Shown here piece after piece: positions 50,876 through 64,000 of a DNA stretch of 64,000 nt (the stretch's first letter is position 1; every line of letters begins with the position of its first letter). The notes beneath the pieces were generated by a model. That model made no database searches, was not told the origin of the DNA, and saw nothing but the letters and a program-made list of their open reading frames with translations. The DNA lies in contig JALDZS010000054.1 of the NCBI GenBank assembly GCA_022813965.1, positions 62,001 to 126,000 on the forward strand. The letters are read 5' to 3'. A program made the position numbers and the translations under genes. The stretch comes from Toensbergia leucococca. Its lineage: Eukaryota.

Positions 50876-53800
50876 TGTAATGAAACGATAAAACTAAATG
50901 AATGAGGAGTGGTTGGCGACAATAGTGGATGAGGATGGATCTCAATGCTTCACTGCTGAGCTGTTGAGTTGAAGATGAGAAGTTCAGGCCAGAAAAATGA
51001 TAAAGTTTGTCTCAGCCAATCCCGGAATTTTCCGCTCCACGGGTTGTAGGATACCTTTTCGGGTTTTTTTCGTATTTGTCCGTAAGACCTCAATCCGACA
51101 CACGATTACTCCGTAGTACGAGTTAAGGCGGTACTCATCAGTCAGCTCCATCAGCGCCCAAATGATTAGGCTTCACTCTCATATTGGAGTTCTAAAACAT
51201 GTGGCTCTACCGTTAACACTGCAAACGTTTGATTAGCCTGTCCTACATTGTCCGTCGACATGAGTGTACATCCTACGGATTCTTCAAAATTCCTCTGCAC
51301 AATTCTATCCGCACAATGCCTATCGTGGCTTGAGTAAACACTGCATCGGACTTGCACTTGAGAATACTCGGTTGAAAATTCGGATTGTCTCGTCTTTATA
51401 GCGAAACAATGGCACAATGGAACAGTGAAAGAGACAGTTGAGGACTCAACTGTCTAGAGGGATGTCTGCGGCCAATATGTCATCAAGAGTTTTTAAGCTG
51501 ATGGCTGCCTCTTGGGGACGTCAAATTATCTGGTTTGCTCTGTTCTGCAAGTATCCAAAGTCCAGTGGAAAGTCGACGGGCGTCTCTCAAGAGTAGCCTT
51601 CACTAGAAACCTTTCCGCCTCCTTCTCCTCCAGTGAAGCAAGATGTTGAAGAGATTGGGCCACTGGTTGTGGATAGGCATCGCATTTTCTCCTAAAGTAC
51701 GTTTGAGCTTGAAGTCCTTGATGTGATGCTGCAACTCGCTGTTATTCTTCCTACTTTGTCTTCTCGCTCGTCCATTGTCGTCTTCTCTGATTGTTTACCA
51801 GGCTTCCGATATTGTATAGTAATAGGTAGAATGCTGTCAGTGTTTGGTTGTTCCTGCTCGATGTCCTGACTACCACACGAGTCAAGCATGTGTCTCGGAC
51901 TCGTATAATTTGGCGGCAGTCCATTGCCACTACAATTTGCACAGGCCACTTATTCAACTCTCTCGACATAGCCCGCGTAAGCATGTCTGCTGCTCATCAA
52001 AGACCCAAAAGTATAAAATTTCAGCAATACTTTAGACCCTTGCTTGCCAATGCCTCATTTTCCTTGTTTGAAGATCTTTTTCCTGGTTGAAACAGAAGAT
52101 AATCTTGGTAGGAACCAGGACCTTGGAGCAGGCTCACCATCGAGATGTCGTTCAAACTATCACCTGTGGAAAATGGAGCAGTTACTCCATTAGACCAAGG
52201 CTATGTGCGGATGTCGCATCAACCCAGAGAGCATATATGTGTGTCATAGGTGCGTGGATGAAACAATAGGGCATGGGCTACTCCCATGCAGCCCCTCGAA
52301 TATTTACAATTCGTCACCAGCTTTCACGATCAGTGAGGGTCTAGACGTCGATGTATTATATCGAGGTCAACCGGTGGAGGGGTACAAACAAAGTAGACCC
52401 ATTGGATCGCCAGGATGAGGTACTCTCATAATCTAGGACAGAATTACGCAGACTGAGGAGAGCGTTGCCAATCAATTGGGTTTCATGAATGACTGGTATT
52501 ACCAGGTTGTTCTTTCAGAGCTGATCTCTGCAATGAAACCTCTTCATCAATCAGCAAACTTGATAGGTCTAGAGCGACTTTGACTTGATGACGGTGGCCT
52601 AAAACCTAGGCCATTGAGCCATTTAATGATCACACGTTGACCAATATCTCATCTGGTCACCAGTCAATAGACGCACTTGAATCGTTGGACCATTACAATC
52701 TCCGGAAATTGCGTATCTATTCTATGCTAACACTATTCCGGGAGACTCAAATCATCTTCCTTGGGAGAAGCTGGCGTGCTCATTTTGAACCATTCATCCA
52801 TGATCAGAAGGCCGACAGTTGAAGCTATGTCCACTAGGCGTCCTAGCCTTACGACAGTCGTCGAGTACGAGCCAGGATTTCGTAAATGTGGCTGGCTGAC
52901 TAAAGTAATCGAAAGCATAAATCTTGGTCACACAAGGACTCGGAAAGGATGCCGATACAACAAACCATGGTAGGGAAGTTGCGGTATTCATCAGATACTC
53001 TACTCCAATCGTTTGCTCGTTGAAGGTGAGCATGGACGAAAAGAATTGAGCGAGAAGTGTGTCCAAGGTCTGGGATTGGGTCAGCAGAGATCAACGATGG
53101 CGTAAACTAAAGTAGCGGGCATCCCATGAGCGCGTGGAACATTCTACGGGCCTTCTACGTGCTCCCTTTCCTTTGAGCGGCAATACATCGTCTTTCATCT
53201 CCGCAAGAGGCCTAGCACAACCGTTGATCTCAGCGCGCTTGGCCAGGAGGTTAGAAGCGACGATATTTTGATCGAGTCGTTCCAGAGATGCTACAAACGA
53301 GGCTGTGCTTTGTGCGGCTGGGACTGTTTCAGGAGTCCCAAACGTGTGAAATGTGATGGTGACGCTGGATATGTCACAGGTGGCTAGGGCGCTCAGACTC
53401 TCTGTAAATTAGGGCTTGGGACTACTCCAGTTTCCAATTTCTGGACTTCCATAGAACGATCAGGCATACGATAAGGCAAAAGTGTCCTTACTGCACGGGA
53501 GAGCAGGGTGAAACAGAAGAGCGATTGCATCAATCTCCTCTAGCATGGATGATGGAGCTACGGTGGCTAGTGGGATGAGAGGATTCTACGGACCTTCGAA
53601 ATGGCCTTCTAGAAAAACGACGATCGATCAAGGGCACGAAGTCGGTCGAGCTAGACTGCTAGCTGGACAGACGGCGGAAGGGAAGGTCCGGGGTATCTAA
53701 GGTCGTAGGACCAGTAAGGTAGGACCAAGGTAGAACCGTGCTGGGTGTGCGGGTGGACAAGTGGACGGCGTGCCATCTGTGGGAGGGGTGGTCTAAGCGA

Positions 53801-54312
53801 GGTGTTGATCCAACTGGGAATCAAGGCATGGAATTTATCCCTGTTCACGCTGAGCTTTAACCCATGGAGATCAAATAGAGCGTGACTACTGGACTACTCC
53901 ACTACTGCGTTTGGTTCGATGCATTTGCGCAAGAGGACTATCCTTCATTCAGACTTGGTGCCCTCATGACGTTCCCTGCTTGTTCCAAATTCTGTCCTCA
54001 GTTCCATGACAGGAGCCCGCATCCTTGTCGTCTTGTTGTGCCCTAGTCATCTCTCCCAGTTCCCTTCTTCTAGTTCTAGCGCTCAACGGCTTCCCCAAAC
54101 CACAATACCCCGCAAGAGCTACAATGAGCGGTCGAATATCCTGCGCCTATAGCACCCCGGTCTCAATGTGCAGACTAATCCTCAAACTATACCGACGTTG
54201 ACGCAGGCTTGATCGCCCGAGATCTTCATCACGTCTTAAAAGCTTCCCTACTTGCCATGTCTTATCTATTTGCCGTGTCCGGTTCCATCCACCTTTGCGA
54301 CCTCTTCCTGTC

Positions 54313-56405
54313 ATGTTGCTATATCACCGACCTGTACCCGCCAAGACACCTAAACGCCGGTCCAGAGCCGGTATGTATCCATTGTTAACCTACATCTCTT
54401 TCTATTGGGTCACCAGCTGATTAGTCCTTCGTTCGTCTGTAGGATGTGTTCATTGGTTAGCCAACTGGATGCCTAATTTTGATATCAAAGCTGACTCGCC
54501 AATAGCAAGGAGAAGAAGAAGAAGTGCAATGAGGAGCGTCCGCAATGTGATCGGTGCCTAGAGCGAGGATTGAGATGCGAGTACGAACCCGTCAAGCCTC
54601 GCAAGAGGAGACGGACCGTGTCCAATCCAGAGCACCTGGGCATGCGCCCCCCCACCACTGCTCCAGGTCAGCATTTTGGCTTTCATGACAGACTGCAAGC
54701 CTTGCGGCAGGACTCAAGCTCAGGCTCCTCCATTCTCTCAGCATCACCAACTCCTCCTCTACCAGCAATTGCTGAGCATTGGGAGGTTCACAGTGCGCAT
54801 TCAGTCTTCAGCGATTCTGGGTCGAGCTGTGGTAGTGATGCCTTTACAGACATGGATTCTCCCTTGCCTCCCTTTGATGCTTTGGATCATTTTGCGAGAA
54901 GCGCACCGGAGCTGAGTGACGTGAAGCCACTGCACATAGATCCGATGGACGGCTTTCCTAAGGATCATTATGACGAGGAGATAGCTACCACTAGGGACAT
55001 GTTTTTGCCAACGTCAGCTATATCCAGGAGTAACTCTTACCCAGATCCCACAAGTGCCTTCTTGTCACCCACGTCCGGCCAATCACCCTACGACTTTAGT
55101 GTTCCTGCTTTTTCCGAATTCACCAATCGAGAGTCTCGGCGAGGCCTCTTGGACCATTTTTGCAGCGTTCTAAGTCATCTCTTGGTGTTCAAGGAGGACG
55201 CAGGCAATCCATTCAGGCAGCTGATCTTGCCATTGGCACAGAAGAGTCCGCCTTTGCTGAACGCCATCTATGCTATCTCAAGCGCACATCTTGAGCATCG
55301 AGGGTTACAAGTTGAAGAGAGAGCACTAGATCTGCACTCAAAAGCTTTACAGGGTTTGGCGAATCTAATTGCACACAAAGATGAGGGAAATCGTGATGAG
55401 GTCTTGGCTGTTATTATTCTTTTGTTGTACTACGAGGTTTGTTCAAGGAGGTCTCAAAGCTTGCAGATATTGTGTTGACTTCTTTAGGTGGTACGAAGTG
55501 GCTCTTCCACGGTGTTGAACAGCCATCTAAGAGGCGCGTTGTTAGTAATGCGCGAAAGAAGGGCCAAGCGTGGCCCAATCAGTACTTTCCTTGAGCGGGT
55601 GAGTTGCCACACCTCCAAGAACACATCCAGGACTAACCCTTTGCAGGCGTTTCGATATTTTGATGTTACTGCAGCTCTTTCGTTTGGCTCCTCCCCCATG
55701 TCTGGAACGATCTTGACCCGTACGACGCATAATCTCCTCACGGCTCACGACACGTCGGCTATGACGGCGGTAGATGCACTCTTTGGTCTCGTTGGAGACC
55801 TATGGCCCATAATCCACCGGCTTGCAAGCCTCCTCGACGTGAAACGCAGCCTCGATAAAGAAGAGATCAACAGCCCTGGTCACGACAAGGCCAATAACAT
55901 GCGGGCCGACTTTGACACCAACACTGCTAGCATTGAACTTGCTCTTCATCAATGGATCCCGAAGATTCCTGACTCGATTGTGGCCACGGAATCGCCGGCA
56001 GATGACTCCCGCCTCCAATCGACCATCAACAATGCCGAAGCCTGTAAGCAGGCTGCTTTTGTCTTTCTTTACCGCACTCTACTCTCCCACTCCCAGACAT
56101 CTACAACGGTGCAGTCGGCGGTGAAACACGGCCTCCAATCATGCCTACGAGTTGTCATCTTCTCCGGCCCCATGACAGCTCTTCTTTGGCCACTCTTCAC
56201 CGTCTCCTGTGAAGCTGTGGAAGAAGTAGACCGCAACGTGGCAAGAACGGTGTTCCGGCATCTACAAAAAAGGCAAGGCATGAACAACATCGTCACAGCG
56301 TGGGAGGTCTGCGAAGAAGTGTGGCGAAGGACCGACGCTGGACAGTCCGAACTCGATTGGAGGATGGTCGCCCAGGACTTGAGGAGTGAGGTGATATTCG
56401 GCTGA
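54313..56405 (+). CDS. Zn(II)2Cys6 transcription factor with Fungal_trans_2-type C-terminal domain
   Basis: Introns 54371-54442, 54456-54505, 55437-55487, 55599-55646. Spliced cluster KRRSRAGCVHCKEKKKKCNEERPQCDRCLERGLRCEY. Also NPFRQLILPLA...AISSAHL and LLWPLFTVSCEA. Confidence 0.9.
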
Positions 56406-59400
56406 TTGTCAGGCCACAACGAAGCTTACGGGGCACGCGACTGATTTGATATACGTATTTACGTCGGCTATTGATTGATTGGCATTGCGGGATAGGGGTT
56501 CTGGCTCATTGCGCAGGCGCTTCTGCATACTTCCTTGATGGAGGTCTTTCTCTCACGGGCCGGCTGTGTGTTTTCGTTCTGTTTTCATACCATGTCGCAT
56601 CATACCATATAGACGGGGGTGAATCTTTCTGGAAGGGGGCTGGTTCTTTTGGTTTGTGCTGGAGTAATTCTGGACTTTGGCGCTATGGGGGTTGGGCAAA
56701 GATAGAAAGGGTAGAAGGTTATAGATCTCCTCAAGTTGGCTGTCTCTATACTATTAATGTTATATCATCGAACCATATCATGGCAATCAGATTGGACAAG
56801 ATATCTCCAGTCGTATCTCACAGTCTTTTTCATAGACTTGGTACTCGTACCACACCAACAAGGGAAAGCGACCAGGCACCAATCACAGCCCTCCCTCCCT
56901 CGACAATTGATCAACAACTTTCCCTCCAAAATCAACACCACGGAACCATCCCACCACAAGTCCAAAAATAAACACCACACCCAAGGTGAAGGTTCAGGCC
57001 AGCCAAAGCCAAGGGCAAAGCACACCTACATGCATTATGCACCCTCCAATCCATGGTGGCAATAAATGGAAAACGTACATCTTTCAATATTCTGAACAGG
57101 CCCACAAACGCACATGTTATTGTTCACCAAGATCTTGGTCAGAGGTTTGTCAGAGAACAACAGTCGCTCACTAGTCTTTGCATGTGATGTGTGGGTAGGG
57201 GGGGTGGTGCTTTGGTTGTCTTGGTCTTTGGCCTTGCTATTCGCCCACTAAAATATCCATCACACCCCCCCCCTTTTCCACTTTTCGCTTTCCACGACCT
57301 CATCTTGCAGTAAACGCACAGGGCGGCTCACACCCTCATGAGCCCAGCGGTGCGTAATATTCAGAGCGGGAAGGATCGTGAACCCAAGCTCAGCCAACAG
57401 CCAAGGTCCCCACTTTTCTAGTGTGCCGGGCCCCACTAGGGCTAGCTCTTAGCCACCAACGGCACTACTGCAGTGATGAAGCTAAGCTCGATGATTGGAA
57501 TTGTGGCTTCCTTCTAGAAGGTGTGTCATTTCCTTCTAGAATCCTTCCACGCTAGACTCGAGATTGCCATGGATTAAGGTGGACGAATCAGACATGGGCG
57601 CTTGTACGTTGTTTAGGTAATGGTTCATTTTCTATATTTGCTCTTTTCTGCCTATATATTGTTTACTTTTTTTGCTTCCCTGGTGCTTGAGCGTTGTGAG
57701 ATGGGAGGTGGTTCGTTAGCAAAGGGGACAAGGAGGACCGTGGGTTCTTCCTCCCTAATCTACTGCATGCGGTGTCCTTTATGCGGAATTGAGCACACCG
57801 TTGGTGGAGATTAGCATCTGGAGCAGGGGGCGGGACCGGAAAGAAAAGGGAAGATAATCTCACTTGCGTGCAACGCCTTTGGGGTTGCGGTGTGCAGATT
57901 GCGGCGCAAGGGGCGGGAAGGAGGAAAGGTTACAGTTGGTGACAGCGGGGAGCTCTGGTTTCTGCCGTGTGGGTTGCGGGAGAGCTAGAATATTGTGCGC
58001 GGGAAGGAGAGTAGGTACGATAAATTCCTAGGCTACTTTCATTTCCACCTCTCCAACAGCTTCCGGATCGTCAATGCAGGGTGAGATACCTATCTATCAT
58101 TGCATCTACGCGCTATCTCTTGATGGTGTTTGTGCAACCGGGTCTTGTTCGCAGGCCCACTATCCCTCCCTACCTTACCGGCGCCAACAAGGCCTTTACC
58201 ATCTGAAGCTCCCAAACTCTCTATATTAAACCAGATCCAACACTTAGCCCTGATTAACCAATAACAAATAGCTCCAAACATGGCCTCAGGAAAGCCTTGT
58301 GTGCATTCATAATCCTTTGCAGCTGTGATGCCTACCCGGACGTTGATTAGCCCCAAGCCTTTCCATCACACAACCCCAGACCTCCTCTTTCCTCAACCAA
58401 GCAAAACGAACAGCATCTCGAAAGAAAAACACCTCCACCGCCCAAGAGCCCAAACCCACCCTCCTCCACCTCTCCATTTCTCAACCACAAAAGCCCCAAA
58501 CTTCCTCCCAACCGTCCAATAAAATCCCCTCAGTCCAACCTCATCTCCCTCACCACCCATCTGCATTCTGCCCTCCATACAACCAGCAAAACCCAAAACA
58601 GCCCCTGGGACACACCATCTCCAATTCTCCAAACCAACCCTACCTAGCCACCATTGTAACAGGACTCGAGATCCGAATCAAAGACTGCCCGAAACAAAAA
58701 ACCCCGCACTCCTCTCCCCCAGTATATATCCTCTCCAAATCGAGTACTCCTCGGCCTAATTCCCGCCGCCCCCCCAAAAAAAGAGCGGTGCTAACATCCT
58801 CAACGAGACCCACCATCGCCGTAAAGTCCGTTGCCTCCTTGGCCCCTTTTTTTTCTTCCAGCCACTCATACCGTCCCACCACCCATCCCATCCCAAAAAG
58901 CGCCCATCTTCTCCCTCCTTCATCTCACCATCTCCAAACAAATCCAAAAGAAAACAAAAAGAAATCTCCCAAAATCTCTAATCCCCGATTAGAAGAAAAA
59001 GAGATCCAGATCCAGATCGAATCAGATCGATAGCTTTCGCTTAGATGGGGATGGATGGGGGGAAAAAGGGGGGGGAGCATGCCTGCATAAACCGGGGGGG
59101 GGGGGGAAATAGTGTGGTGAATCGATACACAAAACAAGCCCAACAATCATTGGAAACCCCCCCAAAAATTTCGGCCCCCCATTACAACTCTCTACTCGAA
59201 TTCTGCCCCAAAAAAACAAAAGGGGGAGGAGCTCAGGTACTCTTTCTTTTCCTCTCCAAGGCACAAAAAAAATATAGTATATTAGGACACAAAAGCGGGT
59301 CAATCGTACCCCTCCACTTGTGACACGGCGAAAAAAATTATCAATCAAAAACATTCATGGTTTAAGTGTCCATTAAACAACCCAAAAAATTGAATAAAAT

Positions 59401-59542
59401 CCTTGAAAAGAAAAACCAGCTTTCTACACACACCAACAACAAAGGAGCAAAGTCAAACATCTATGAGAAAGAAAAAATTCCAAAGGCAGCTTATATCCAT
59501 CCAACCCGGGACCATCATCGTACACACGAACATTATATGTGC

Positions 59543-62500
59543 TCAATACCTCAATTTTCCAACAATAGAAAACGTATACGCCGTCTCCGCTTCGCTTTTC
59601 ATCTACAGTAAAAAAAAAACAAGGTCAGCTCACGATTCCTAGCCACGACCTCAGGCATGCTCATTTTAAGCAAGCAAGCTCGCGAAGACAAAAACACCAG
59701 GAAAAAAAAACATACCTGAATCATATAAACCCTCGCCCTCCCCCCACCTACCCCACCCACGGCCCCCACAACCCCCACCTCCCCATTCGGCCCCACCACA
59801 TCCTCCCACACACTCAACGCAATCCCCGTTCTTGCCACCCTCTCAAAACAACTCTCCCCTAAACAAACATCCAGCAAAATCTCCCCCTTCGTCTTCCCAT
59901 TAATCAATATCCTCTTCTCATTCCCACCCAAATGCGCCGTGCCCGATAACCGCGGCGAAAGCCCTTCGGACGGGGACGCCACGTTGGTGGGACGCATGAT
60001 GGTCAGGCGGGCGGAACCCATGTCGCGCCATCGGGAGGCCGTCTCGCGGGTATAGAGGCGGATCTTAGCATTGCTGAGACCAATCGGAGCGGCTTTGCTG
60101 GAATCGAGAGGTGGGAGAGGGGAGCTGGCTCCGCTACCGCTAGAGTTGTCGGAGCTAGTGTAAATGCTGTTAGATCCGCTGCCGATACGGGAGCTGATGG
60201 TGCTGCGTGCGATATTGAACAGACCGCCTCCACTGCCTTTGCCGAAGCGCCGGAGAGCTGAAAATGCGCTACTCATGCTGCCAATGCTGCTCTCGCTGGG
60301 TGCAATGCTTGGTGTTGGTGCACTACTGGCACGATAGCCGGAAGATCCCCCCCAGCTGCCAAACCAGGAGCTGGATCTTGATCCTCCAGCACGAATACTG
60401 GCGCGACGATCCATTGATGCGGCAAACGAGCTGCCTTGGTTAAAAGGGCCACGAGCATTTTGAAGCGCTATATATGTGGGATTATTGATGCGAGAATGGT
60501 TGATTAGCGCATAAAGAGCCTCACACTCTTCCGGATTACGAGATCGGAACATGATGTTGTTACCAGATGTGATTTGTGAATTAGGCGTTGGAGGAGAGCG
60601 TATAGAAATATCTAGAGCAGTGCCACGCCGAAGAGGCACGAGAGGTGTGAGCTCGAGGGCGACCAAGGGCCTTTCATGTTGATCTTCCTTGGAGGATGTA
60701 AGATTGCTTGCTAGGTCAGAGAAAGCATCGAGATCAAGTACCGGCGTAGATGATGCAAGTGGTTTGCTTTCAGAGTGTGCCGCAGACATCATGTAAGCTT
60801 CTATCAATCCAGGTGTGATTATGATGCTGCACTCATCGGCGTGGAGACTTTGCCATGAGCCTGATTCGGACCACGAGAAGATGCAAGCAATCGTTTTAGA
60901 TGCTTTGGCTGGCTGGATAGGAACGCTTCTATAAGGCGCTTGGGAAGGGGATTGAGAGGGGGAAAGCGTGCCATTCGGGAGAGAGTACAAAGATCCTTGC
61001 GGTGATACCTTTGGGAACCGCTGGAGAGCACCAAGAGGAAGCAACGGCGTCGGAGCGTCTCCATCTTCCAATTCTTCATCGTCAGAAGAGTCCGATACTG
61101 ACGTGGCCTCGTTGTGCTCCACCGTAGAGTTGTCTGAGTCGGTATCAGACTCTGAAGCCGTTGATGGCTCGTACTCATGCTTTAAGGGTGACGAAGATCT
61201 TCTTCGAGTCTTAACAGCTGAGGCCGAAGGAAGGACGGGTGTATGAGATCCCTTTAGCTGAACAGGGCTTGGTGAACGATGAGTTGGAGAAGTGACGATG
61301 TCGGGTGGTTTTGGCGTTGGTTCCACTGGACGCCTCTTGGTCAGTTTTGAAGGCTTATGCGGTTGCTCGCCCTCCAGTGTTGAAGGCCACTCCGACTCCT
61401 GATCTGTTTCGTTGATCAGGGTGGCCGGCGGGCTTTCCCTCCGCACCTTTGCAATGTGTGGTAGATCCCTTGATGGCACAGACGACTTTGACCGGTGATA
61501 GGTAGGTCGATTTTTATCTTCTCGATTCTCAAGGAGAGGTTTGCTACTTCTGATGACACCCTGTTCCGGAGGCTCCGGTGACAAGGACCCTTGAGCAATT
61601 GGGCTCGCCGTTGCTGGCAGATTCGGGTCATGGAATTCTTTGGTACCTGTTGCCGACATCTGGATCTCACTATCATAGTAGGACCCTCTTGCCGATTTAG
61701 GGCTCGTCGATAGGCCTTCAATATGTTTACTGTGTCTCCATGCCTTTGACCGCCTCAACCCTGAACTGGGAGTGCTGCCAGTCAAGCTCATCGCTTCGTC
61801 AAAGCTTCTTGGTGTCTCTACTACTTCAAAAGATTGCACGTCCCCGTCGGACCTTTGACTCGGGAGTGTATAGATATCGCTTCCCTCGCTCTGCTGATCT
61901 GGCATTGGCTTTGCAGGGGTAAATGGTAAATTTTCTATTGGTCTTTTCTGCAGTCTGGCCCTTTCTCTAGGTGGCGAAGGCGCTGGTGATACATTAGTTC
62001 CATCTGGGGCAGGGGAATCTGTCCACGTCTTCGACGCGCCCCTGGCCTGCTCTCCGATCGGTATCTCAATCTCCCTTGGGCTAGGCGTTCTGCTCTTTCC
62101 AGGCGTAGTGGGAGTAACAGGGAGCGCGAGTCCTGATGCAGTGGGAATTAGCGAGGACCTTTTTCGCCCGTGTCTGGCGATAAAGCTCTGAGTTCTGGTG
62201 ATCTTCGGGGGTATGGGCGTCAATCCGAGCATTTGAACCCATTCAAATCCTGTTTGCTCGTCTTCTGTCCGCAGCGACAACAATTCCTGCCATTCAAGAC
62301 CATTGCCTTGCAGACCTCTAATCATGATCACAATCTCTGATTTAAGATCCCCATTTCGAGCTGAGACACGGCCGGACTGCACAGGCGGAAGAAGCAACCA
62401 TCTGCCTGTACCATCGACTTCACAGATCAGGAGGTCACCGCCGCTTCCCTGGACAGAAAAATCATCGCGAAGTAACAGCTCGACACGACAATCAACACAC

Positions 62501-64000
62501 TGTCCACTCGAATGCTGGAAGGCAAGATTAAAGTGGTCTCTTGCTCGTACACGACGAGTTTTATCGATACTGACTCCTGTTAAAGGACCAAGCGTACGTG
62601 GATCCCGAGCTCGAGTAGTGTCTATACTTGCGGCTGCTTCATCTTCTAATCTCGCACGTTCCTCGTTCGACCGATGTCGTGCGTCAATAACCAGATTTTG
62701 ATACTTTGTAGCCAAGGCATCGGCTTCTACAGATGGTTTGACAAAGTTGATACCCTTTAGTGTCTTGGCGAGGTACTTGAGTCTCACCAGGGGCCTTTTG
62801 AGTAGGAAAGCGACGTCGACTCTCTCACCATCCCCATTTACAACATCTCCATCTTTGTTCCTTGGAAGTCCTTCGTCAAGACCTTTGTTCTCGCCGTCTT
62901 CTGCGGCAGGCGCGAGATTGACCACGACATCCTGAAAGCCCATTCGCCAAGCTTTTAAATATTCAGTATAAACCTTTTGCGCGCCTTGAGCCCACGTTAG
63001 TAGTGCGTCGGAATCCTGTTGCGGAACGCGTCTGTGCAAAGTCTTCAGTCTTTCGAGTGCAATTCCCATGTCCACGATTGGCCTCGTGAAATTTGGATCG
63101 TTGTGAGCATTTCCAGATGGCCTGAAGAGGCCCGCTGCAATGGCGGAATCCGATTTGGACAGTACGCATGTCAAAAGCACAGGAATGACACCATCGACCA
63201 AAGTTCGCAGCTCCCGCATGTATTTACTTTCATCTGTGGCTAATTCTTTCATGACGTCCTCGATTGTAGCTGTGGCAAGTCGACTCCGATTAGTGCGTAT
63301 GCTTCGAGCAGACTGTATGCTTTTATTCCCAGCTCTAGGTAGAGAAAGAATGGAGATAAGATCAGCGTGTTTGGCTAGACGGCTCTTGCTTGGCCTTCGG
63401 TCTAGGGAATCGGGATCGAAGCAGTCTCTTGCCTCAGCCTCGGTCTCGTCGTGGAAGTTCTGGGGTGGCTGCGCTGTTGCTTCTGAGGCTTCAGATATCG
63501 ATGGCGGTGCCGTACTCTCTCTTGTTTTAAATGTCTCAACGGACGCAATCGTAGACAGCTTGTGTCTGCCAGTAGACGGGAAAGGCCGCTTAACGTTGAG
63601 TCCAGGAGGTCGTAGAATTCGATTGGGACTGCAGGGTTCCACTGAGGATATAGTATCTGCAGATGAAATTGTAGAAATATCGTCCTTCTCAACAAATTGG
63701 CCCTTCAAAGGAGATGTAGCTGGCTGTTTGTGAATCGGTGAAACATAATCCCTCTTAGCCCCTCTCCTTTTTAGTAAAGGAGGCGACGGCTGCGGCATGT
63801 CATTCACAAGATCAATCAATTTTGAAGCAGAGACACTCCCTTCCGGCGAGCCGCTAAGGGGCGTTTCCAAATTGAGATCGGCTGGAAACGGATTGTCTTC
63901 ATACAAGGCTGAGCTTGGAATTCGCCTCCGTCTTCTGCTACCAATGTGACTCCGTCTCGTAGAATCTTTAGAATCGAGAGTCTCCCATATCTTGTTAGGG
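59543..64000 (-). CDS. Large fungal protein with a DBL-homology-like domain and PH-like domains (5' end outside window)
   Basis: Frame is open to the window edge (over 1400 aa). ELATDESKYMRELRTLVDG and LLKRPLVRLKYLAK resemble DH motifs; W-containing beta-rich segments follow. Last intron 59715-59603; ends TFSIVGKLRY*. Confidence 0.82.

Noticed and set aside
50900..54250. Long intergenic region as a hidden RNA gene or element
   Set aside because: No tRNA fold, TIR, LTR or credible ORF was found by eye. Consistent with a divergent TF promoter.
56410..59540. ORFs in the low-complexity convergent intergenic region
   Set aside because: Explained by homopolymer runs and skewed composition. No recognisable domain.
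63995..64000. TTAGGG at the window end as a telomere
   Set aside because: Single copy inside an open reading frame.

Overview
Intron-rich genomic DNA from a filamentous ascomycete (Pezizomycotina; the exact lineage cannot be fixed from this window alone). I see no prokaryotic features, rRNA, tRNA or CRISPR. From about 14 kb onward the window is ordinary gene-dense euchromatin. It carries an LRR protein, SWC5, a 4-TM membrane protein, DUS1, carboxypeptidase Y, adenine deaminase, glutamate decarboxylase, a ~1070-aa DPR-repeat dehydrin-like protein, two Zn2Cys6 transcription factors, a pyruvate-decarboxylase-family enzyme, the mitochondrial phosphate carrier, two conserved hypotheticals and a 5'-truncated large DH/PH-like protein. 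The first ~13.5 kb is accessory-like. It contains a gene that has a TTG in place of ATG and is split by an ~890-bp TIR element whose removal restores the frame. It also holds a pogo/Tc1-like MITE inside a decayed Cys-rich gene, small orphan spliced ORFs, and a C2H2 factor resembling the Aspergillus conidiation regulator BrlA. That factor has a brlA-like leader (uORF plus 5' intron) and a cluster of CATTCY sites. Across the window, short islands repeatedly switch from C-rich to G-rich on the + strand regardless of gene orientation. Exon boundaries were read by eye. Homology calls rest on recognised motifs, not on database searches.
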